64,000 nt of DNA, taken from the NCBI RefSeq assembly GCF_009914755.1, contig NC_060942.1. One strand, 5' to 3'. How positions within the stretch are numbered: the stretch's first letter is position 1; every line of letters starts with the position of its first letter. Under the pieces are notes generated by a model that saw only the letters and a program-made list of their open reading frames with translations, ran no database searches and had not been told where the DNA came from. Source of the DNA: the human T2T-CHM13v2.0 reference genome, Homo sapiens. Positions 55,464-64,000 of the stretch are shown piece after piece. The translations under genes and the position numbers were made by a program.

Positions 55464-56810
55464 CTTCATGAGTTTGTCTAGTTTTGATCTTTGAGGCTGC
55501 TGACCCTTGGATGAGGTTTTTATGGGGACTTTTTTGTTGATGTTGTTGTTGCTTTCTGTTTGTTTGTTTTTTTTTTCAATGGTCAGGTCCCTCTTCTGTA
55601 GGACTGCTGCAGTTTTTTTTCGGGTTAACTTCAGGCCCTATTCATCTGGTTCACTCCCATGCTTGGAGATGTCACTCGAGGAGGCTGGAGAACAGCAAAA
55701 ATGGGTGCCTGCTCCTTCCTCTGGGATCTCTGACCTCAAGGGACACTGACCTGATGCCAGTAGAAATGTTCCTATATAGGGTGTCTGACAACCCCTGTTG
55801 GAGGATCTCACCCAGTTGGGTGGCATGGGGAGCAGGACTCATTTAACACATCACTTTGGCTGTCCCTTGGTGGCAGGGGTTTGCTATGCTGCGGGGAAAC
55901 CCACTCATCTGGGTTGCCAGGATCCTTGTGGGTTACCAGGATCCCTCAGAACTAGCAGGAGGAAAGACTAAGTGTGCTTGTCCATGGAGACCATGGCCAC
56001 CCCTCCCCCTAGGGCTCAGGCCCAGGGAGATCAGAGTTCTGTCCATGAGCCCCTGGCTGGAGTTGTTGGAGTTCCTGCGGTGAGGCCCCACCCAGTGAGG
56101 AGGTATGGGTCAGGGTCAGGCCTGAAGAGGCGCTCTCGCTGCAGTATGCCACAGCTGGTGTGTTAGGCTGTGGGGAATACCTCCTGGGACCAAGCCGTCT
56201 ATCCTCCATGGCTCCAGCAGGAGAAAAGTGGGGCCTGGAGCTATAGAGATGGCTGCTACTTTTCCCTGCCCCTGGGAGCTTGGTGTGTTAGGCAGCTAGC
56301 AGTCACAGTGTTGTCTGCCACCTCTCTCCCAAGGAGCTCAAACGGCTTAGACAGCAGACAGATGCAGCTGTGGTGCTGGCTGCCCCTCCCACTGGAAACT
56401 TGGCAGTCTTAAGAAGATTCTAGCTGAGTGGCTGTTGAGAATCGGCATAGTTCGGTGGTTGGGACCTTAGGCCCTGGTGGCTTGGGCTCATGAGTGGGAT
56501 CTTCCAATCCATGGAATGCATAGTTCCATGGAAAAAGCACAGTTTCCCAGGCTGGGTAGCACACTCACTCACTGCTTCCCTCGGCTGGGGAGTGGGGACT
56601 CCCCTGCCCCCTGTGCCTCTCAGGTGGGCTGCTGCACTACACTGCTCTTCCTTCCTCTCCGTGGGTCACACCAGCCGCCTAGTCAGTCCTGATGACAGGA
56701 CCTGGATACCTCAGTTGCTGGTGCAGGATTCATACACTGTTATGGTTCTTTTCCGTGGGAGCCTCTGATTGCTGCTGCTTCTAGTTGGCCATCTTTGACC
56801 TGCCTCTGAT

Positions 56811-57617
56811 TGTTTTTTTAATTGTATTTTTTATTGTGGCAAAATATACATATTATAAAATTAACTATTTTAACTATTTTTAAGTGTATACTTCAGTGGC
56901 ATGAAGTATATTCGTATTGTTCTACCACTTTCACCATTGTCGTATATTTCCAGAACTTTTTCATTTTCCTAAACTGAAACTCTGTACACATTAATACTAA
57001 CTCTATTTTCTTCCTCCCCTCAGTCCCTGGAACCCACCAATCTCCTGTCTCTATAAATTTGATCACTGTAGGAACCTCACATAAGTAGAATCATACAATA
57101 TTTATCCTTTGGTGACTAGCTGATTTCACTTAATGTCTCCAAGACTCATCTATGCTGTAGCATGTGTCAGACATATTTTTTAAGGCTGAGAAATATTTCA
57201 TGGTAGGTATATACTACATTTCAATTATCCATTCATCCATCCATAGACACTTGGGTTGATCCCACCTTTTGGCTCTTATGAATAATGCTACCATGAACAT
57301 AGGTGTACAAATATCCATTTGAGTCCCTGCCTTTAATTCTTTTGGGTATATACCAGAAGTGGGATTGCTGGATTATATGATAATTCTGTTTAATGTTTTG
57401 AAGAACCGCCATACTGTTTTCTACAGTAGCTGTACCATTTAATAATACCACCAGCAATGCACAGTGTTCTAATTTCTTCATATCCTCATGAATACGTGTA
57501 TTTTCTGCTATTTTGATAATAGCTATCATAACAGTGTAAAGTTGTGTCTCATTACAGTTTTGATTTGCATTTTTCTAATGATTAGTGATGTTTAACATCT
57601 TTTCATATCCTTATTGG
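56811..57617 (-). mobile_element. L1MB-type 3' end, ~0.8 kb
   Basis: ttattgtggcaaaatatacata...ttttaagtgtatacttcagtggc...ccagaactttttcat...aactgaaactctgtac; ORF2 C-terminal remnant 57233-57529. Confidence 0.9.
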
Positions 57618-57649
57618 GATGGCAGGGAGTTTTGACCACACACTCTAGC

Positions 57650-57770
57650 TCAACGGTTCTCAAAATTGTTTGCATGTTAGAATCTCTCTTGGAACTTTTA
57701 AAAAATGATGATGCATGGGACCCAGTAACTAATTTGGAATCTTGGGAATTGAGGTCCAGGCATTTTTCCA
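57650..57770. mobile_element. MER5-like fragment
   Basis: caacggttctcaaaattgtttgcatgttagaatc...gaacttttaaaaaatgatgatgc. Confidence 0.6.
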
Positions 57771-57876
57771 CAAGTGGAATTGGGGTGCTCCGGTTCTTAA
57801 AATCTCAGGACTTAGATGGAGTCCTGATGTATTACTTGGCATTGTCCTGGTTTGGATGAACATACTTTTTACCCTC

Positions 57877-59100
57877 TGTGATAATAAGAAATATATATTT
57901 GGGCTTTGTGTCTGACACAGAGTTTATAAAACCCTTAGAATTTCCTGAGTGGTAGAGGTGATGGGAACATTTTTGTTATGCATAAGAGGCCTGATATGGT
58001 TTGGCTTTTTCCCCACCCAAATCTCATGTTGAATTATAATCTCCAATGTTGGAGGAGGGACCTGGTGGGAGGTGATTGGATCATGGGGATGAATTTCCCC
58101 CCTGCCGTTCTCATGATAGTGAGTGAGTTCTCATGAGACCTGGTTGTTTGAAAGTGTGTAGCACTTCCCACTTCACTCCCTCTCTCTCCTGCTCTGCCAT
58201 GGTAAGATGTGCTTGCTTCCCCTTTACCTTCCGCCATGATTGTAAGTTTTCTGAGGCCTCCCAGCCATACTTCCTTTATAGCCTGCAGAACTGTGAGTCA
58301 ATTAAACCTCTTTTATTCATAAATTACCCCATTTCAGGTAGTTCTTTATAGCAGTGTGAGAATGAACTAATACAAGGCCCCATTAAACCATACGTGAGTT
58401 TGTGCCAATGAGGTAACTATTGAAGGGCCCCTAGATAACAGTTAGGACGGAGCTGGTTGCCAGAGGAATCAACCATGTGATTAGAGGGTTGAAACTTTTA
58501 GCCCCATTCCTTAACCTGGGAAGTGAGAAGGAAAGAGAGGCTGTAGGTTGAGTTCAGTCACCAGTGGTCAATATTTTAATCAATCATGCTAATGTAATAG
58601 AACTTTTATAAAATCCCTAAATCATGAGCGTCTGAGTTGGTGAACACAGTGAGGTTCTGGGAGGGTGGCATGTCCAGAAAGGGCATAGAAGCTCCACAGT
58701 ATTTCCCCCATACCTTGCCCCATACATCTCTTCCATTTGGCTGTTTCTGAGTTGTATCCTTTATAATAAACTAATAATAAAAAGTAAAAACACTATTTTT
58801 TGTTCTGTGAGCTGTTCTTGTAAATTATCAACCATAAGAAAGGGGTTGTAGGAACCTCCAATTTATAACCAATTTGTCAGAATTACAGGTGAAAACCTGG
58901 GACTTGTACCTGGTGCTAAGTGAGTCAGTCTTGTGAGACTTAGCCCTTAACCTGTGGGGTCTGCACAAACTCAGAGTAGTTAGCATCAGAATTGAGTTGA
59001 ATTGTAGGACACCTAGTTGGTGTCTAGAGATTTGGAAAATTGTTTGGTGTGGGGAAAAAAAAATCCACACATTTGGCCAGAAATGGTGTGAATAAAAACA
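57877..59100 (+). mobile_element. MER21-like LTR split by MSTA
   Basis: tgtgataataagaaatatatatttgg...aaaacccttagaatttcctgag...aaccatgtgattagagggttg...tatcctttataataaac; approximate TSD cctc/gctc. Confidence 0.85.
57992..58374 (+). mobile_element. MSTA MaLR solo LTR
   Basis: tgatatggtttggc...ctaataca with perfect 5-bp TSD aggcc (57987-57991, 58375-58379). Confidence 0.92.
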
Positions 59101-59104
59101 GCTC

Positions 59105-59225
59105 ATATCTTTTTTATCATAAAATTGGAATAATAATATCTACCTGGCAGCATGCTTTTGAGGTTTGAATGAAATAATGTGACATAATAAAGAACGTTAC
59201 TCTTAGCAGGTGCCTATCATGGAAG
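59105..59225 (+). mobile_element. MIR fragment
   Basis: atcataaaattggaataataatatctacc...ttgaggtttgaatgaaataatg. Confidence 0.55.
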
Positions 59226-62200
59226 AAAAGGGAAGAGGCATCTGGGCTGTTCTCTGTGATTTGATAATAAACATGAGAGACATGCTCACTCTGAAACAGA
59301 GGGCAAGGCATGATGAAAAAGACCAGGAGCAGTGGCTGTCAGCCCTGGCTACTCATTAAAGTCATCTGAGATTTTAAACTCACCTGGGGAGTTGCCCATC
59401 TACCTACTTCCCACAAAAGGTTCATGGTACAGGGCTCTGGGATCGGCTGGTCTTCACCTCCCAGGCCTGATGAGGGAGAATTCATATTCTCTGCTATCAT
59501 AGGAGGTAGGTCATTGTAGAGTCACAGGAGGCAAAGGTTGCTTCAACCTTCACAGACCTCAACTCTAATCATAGCCTGGAAATAATAGGAAGGAAAAACA
59601 GTGCTGGGTGCCCTCTAAATCTCGTGGGCTTTAATGTGTGTTAGTAATAAAGCAGGTAAGTCATTGATTTAAACATATGATTTGTCACTTGATACAATGT
59701 TCCTTTAATTTCTAATTCCTACCCTGCAATGCTGGCTCATACGATTGGGATAATACCATCATTGTGTTCTTTCATCGTTTAGTATAACAAAGAACCAAAT
59801 GCATGATTTTAATAAAAAATATTAAGTTAAGGTTCTTTTCTCTGTTGCGTGCATCCAGGAAGAAATTCCTTTGATATAATAAGGCAATTATTGGGTTTTA
59901 ATTAAGTGACGGGTGATCATGAGAGCCATGATTTTTGGAAGGTTTTTTTTTTTAACTTCAGTTTCATAAAGCTTAAAAAATCTACAATGCTTTTTGGCAA
60001 GCACTATAATTTATATTCAACCAATAGAGAAACTCTTTCAAATATATTTTTTGGAATGCTAATCAGCATTAATCAAGCAGAAGCATGTTTTGAACTATCT
60101 TCTTCTGTAGCCCTATTTTTCTCCTTTCTGTGTTCAGTTTCTTTTGATTAAAAAAAAAAAAGTCTGTGCACATGGACTTGGATCAGACAGATCCTGGGGA
60201 TGGAAGCTGTGCCCAGGAACAACTCTTGGCAAAATTGGAAAATGGGCTCTGTTGGCCTTCATCAAATACAACTGAACTCAACCTCCCGCACACTCCCTCA
60301 TTCCTTGTTACCCACTCCCTGCAGGCCCGTAAAGCCCTAATCAGTGGTTTTCATGTAGAACATTGCTTTTTAAAGCTCCAGTTTATAGTATTTACCTTTT
60401 TCCATGGTTAAATACTTGCACAGTGGCTGATTGCAAGCTACCAACTTGAAGTCTCATTGAAGCAGGGAAGGAATATACAAATTGAACTCCTGCAATCTGA
60501 TCCAGTAGAAGCTGGCTCCTGCACATCACTTCCCCAATGCTGTCAGCTTCTCCTGCCATCTGTGTCAAAACTCACCATCTGAACAGGATTGTATATCAGT
60601 CCCTTACACCTTTGTGAATTCCAGCCCCTGAGCTTCCTGCCTCAGAGAATGTGTCTTTCCATTTTGGAAAAGAAAACAGGCCTTTTCATGTCAATGAGCA
60701 GGGAGAGAAGATACTCCAGGGAAGAAGAGAAGACTGACTTCCAAAAGCACATATTCGTGTCATGAGAAGAACATGGGAGAAGAAGGCATGAGGGCTGGGT
60801 TTTTGTCCTGAGCCTCTCACCTGTGTGACCTTGGACAAGGCATACATACCTCTTCTCTGGTCCTTGGATTTTGCATGACAGGGTGAGCCACCTGGCCTCC
60901 CCAAGCTCTCTCAGCCCTGATATGTTACCATTCCATGTGGCATCTGATGCCAACCATGCTTAATCAGAAAACTAGGAGCAGGGATGAAGTGTGGCAATGA
61001 GGACCAACAAAATTGTTTTATCATGTTTGTCCAACCAATTGATATTAAAAAAGTGAAGAAGAATATGAAGGAGTTAATGAACCTCCTTAAGTGACAGAGA
61101 CTTCACAAACTTTGGAATAGTTTTAGCCTTTCGCCAGCATTTGTTAAAGTTCAGAGCATCTATTCCTTGTAATAAAGTGGTATGTATTTATCATACAATC
61201 GTTACCTTATTAAGCTATAATAAATGTCCAGTGAAGTGCATATAGGCCATTTCTGTTGCAATTTAATTACCAGCACAGTTAATTAGGCAATATACTCCAT
61301 CACCATTTTTATTTAAATGGTGTCTTGACTTTATTAAACAGTTTTGAGGAGGGATGGGTGGACCCAAAGCCCTTGATTAGGATAGAGAGTGAAAACCATT
61401 AAGCACTACCGCCATTTATTGCGTGCCTACTATGTGCTAGTACTTTACAGAAACCATCTCTGTATCCTCACGATGACTCATTTAAGGACCTCAGATATGG
61501 AAAATACTGACTAGAGTACTCATGGCCAGAGGGCCAGTGACACTTGCATCTTTCCAGTCCCTGGCAGCAGGTATGCTTGGGAACCACAGGGACAAGAGTT
61601 AGGCGCTGTGCACCTAATAGGTATCAGTGCCTCAGAGCTGCAGCCAGAAAGCCCTCACAAAGCTTTTTAGGAGTTCATTCCAGTGCCAAATTTACTTGAG
61701 GGGTGATTTTAGGAACCACTGGGAAAGCTCAAATTCATGAACATTTCTCATGTGGCTAGAGAAAAAACAGATAAAATTCCATCATTAAAATTTCTGGCCC
61801 TAGCCTAAAATTCTGAAAGATGTTCAATACACCTTCTCATAGGAAGCTTTGAATTTTCAGCGGTTCTTGATCCCTTGTACTTCAGGCAGAATGGAAGACC
61901 TCAGGGAATAGATATTGGTTGATAGGGGAAAGGAATGAGGGTGGTGGGAGATTGGGTGTGGTGGGCAGAGAAAAATTTCCAGACTTGGGACTTGTGACTG
62001 TTCTGATAGAGCTTGGCAGACTAGCTCTGAGCAGAAAGAACATGTGAGGACTAGAAAATTTGTGGCAGTGGTTTTTCAGGAGACTAATAGAAGATATAAG
62101 ATTTGGAATGTGATTATCATCTATTTGAATCTTCACTTGATTGCTAAAAGTGAAGGGATTATCTTCTGATACTTTGTTACCTCATTGTGAAATGAGGCTA

Positions 62201-62487
62201 GGAATGCCTTCTTCTTATGTCAGCAGCGAGGGGTAAATGAATCAATGTATACTTGGTGTACAGTATCTAAATTCTCCCTCCTAGCCCCAAGACAGTTGCT
62301 CAGTAAACACAGGATAGATGTTAGTAGCATGTTCTCTGATTTGTTATTTTATAATGCATGTGACTTGGTGCTGTGTAGTTGGTTGCAAGGCCAGCAAGCA
62401 AAGGGGTGGCACCTTAACATTTTAAAATATTAGGTCCTTTAGAAGAGGACCCTACACACATATGAGCCATTTATTAAATATACTGTT

Positions 62488-62849
62488 TGATATGGTTTGG
62501 CTGTGTCCCCACCCAAATCTCATCTTGAATTGCAGCTCCCATACTTCTCACTTGTCATGGGTGGGATCTGGTGGGAGGTAATTGAATCATGGGGGCAGGT
62601 CTTTCCCATGCTGTTCTCGTGATAGTGAGTAAGTCTCATGAGAGCTGATGGTTTTATAAAGGGGAGTACCCCTGCACATGCTTTCTTGTCTGCCGCCATG
62701 TAAGACCTGACTTTGCTCTTCCTACGCCTTCCACCATAATTGTGAGTCCTCCCCACGCATGTAGAACTGTGAGTTGATTAAACCTCTTGCCTTTATAAAT
62801 TACTCAGTCTCAGGTATGTCTCTTAGCATCATGAGAACAGATTAATATA
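62488..62849 (+). mobile_element. THE1B-like MaLR solo LTR
   Basis: tgatatggtttggctgtgtccccacccaaatctcatcttgaattg...gagaacagattaatata; TSD ctgtt/ctgta. Confidence 0.92.
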
Positions 62850-63009
62850 CTGTACTTGAATTTGCTGATGGAGTCATAGGAGCCATCTTGATCACTTCAT
62901 AATATGATCCATTATGTGCCATTTATAAACATTTTATTTTCTTTTTTTACTCAACAGCAATTTATTTCTGAACCATATTTATTTTACTTGTTAATTTTTG
63001 GGGGGAAGG

Positions 63010-63135
63010 AGGTGTCTGTCTACTCACTGGGCATTGGAGTAGGAATCTTGTATAACTTGCTGGACATTGTCTTAAGCATCTCAATGCAATATCTGACACA
63101 CAGCAGACATTCAATGAATATTTGTTAAATAAATG
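63010..63135 (+). mobile_element. L2 3' end
   Basis: tctgacacacagcagacattcaatgaatatttgttaaataaatg. Confidence 0.55.
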
Positions 63136-63397
63136 TACCTTTTTTTTCCTGGACTGACAAGTATGTAAACGTCATGGGGTTTGTAGCTAATGGGAGAAAG
63201 AATGTACATATTTAAACATCTAACTTGAAGCCAAACTGACGAGATGGAGCATGCAAAGGGATTAGGTGCTGCCAATGTCCGCCATGTACCAGGTGTGCTC
63301 TCTGCCCTGGGGACAGAGCAGTGAATGAGCAAAAATGAAAAGCAAAAATCCCTGAGATGACAATACGTGGTAAATATGTAGAGAAGAAATAATGAGG

Positions 63398-63913
63398 TGT
63401 GATGGTTAATTTTAGGTGTCAACTTGACCTACGGTAAGGGATATCCAGATAGCTTGTAAAGCATTATTCCTGAGTATATTTGTGAGAATGTTTCTGGAAG
63501 AGATTAGGATTGGAATCAGTCGACTAAGTAAGGAAGATCCACCCTCATTCAATGTGAGCAGGCACCATCCAATCAGCTGAAGGCCCAGATAGAAGAAAAA
63601 GACAGATAAAAAACAATTCACCCTCTCTTCTGGGACTCCCTTCTTCTCCTGGCCTTAGACATCAGAACTCCAGGTTTTCTGGCCTTTGGACTCCGGGACT
63701 TGGGACTTGCACCAGCACTTTCTGCCTCCTCAGGTTCTCAGGCTTTCAGCCTTGAACTGAGAGTTACATTATCAGCTTCCTTGGGCCTCAAGTCTTCAGA
63801 CTCGGACTGGGCTAAGGCACTGGGCTCCCTGATTCTCCAGCTTGACAATGGCATACTGTGAGACTTCTCAGCCTCCATAATTGCATAAAGAAATTCCCAT
63901 AATAAATCCCTCT

Positions 63914-63958
<45 letters not shown>

Positions 63959-64000
63959 CATCCATCCATCTATCCATGCATCCTACTGGTTCTGTTTCTC
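63398..64000 (+). mobile_element. MLT2B-like ERVL LTR (runs off the window)
   Basis: tgtgatggttaattttaggtgtcaacttgac...ggcaccatccaatcagctg...aataaatccctc...catcctactggttctgtttctc. Confidence 0.9.
63915..63977. repeat. (TATC)11 followed by (CATC)n STR
   Basis: Eleven pure TATC units 63915-63958, then CATC units. Confidence 0.95.

Noticed and set aside
63560-63580. DUX4 site in the MLT2B LTR (CCATCCAATCA)
   Set aside because: Lacks the TAA half of the motif.

Overview
Primate (probably human or another simian) non-coding genomic DNA, most likely intergenic. I found no protein-coding gene, structural RNA gene or CRISPR array, and no credible novel enzymatic system. The long ORFs are decayed L1/MaLR reading frames, Alu read-throughs or low-complexity artefacts. 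The window is dense in transposon relics: MIR, L2, L3/CR1, a MamSINE1-like head, MER5/MER112-like/Tigger3 DNA elements, many MaLR/ERV LTRs, a two-LTR MLT1A provirus, six Alus (one J, five S; no AluY or L1HS seen) and a full-length L1PA8-like element. Subfamily names come from recalled consensus sequences and need RepeatMasker/Dfam confirmation; boundaries of old elements are approximate. Most interesting items: (1) a ~2.2 kb strand-asymmetric CA-rich minisatellite (29780-32027), stop-free in all three + frames; (2) a near-consensus CTCF site at 28254 in a CpG/G4-rich patch next to it; (3) a SOX/POU/homeodomain motif cluster at ~14640; (4) an NF-kB plus twin-ETS cluster at ~34620; (5) a candidate L1 3' transduction at 36206-36430; (6) several small candidate + strand exons.
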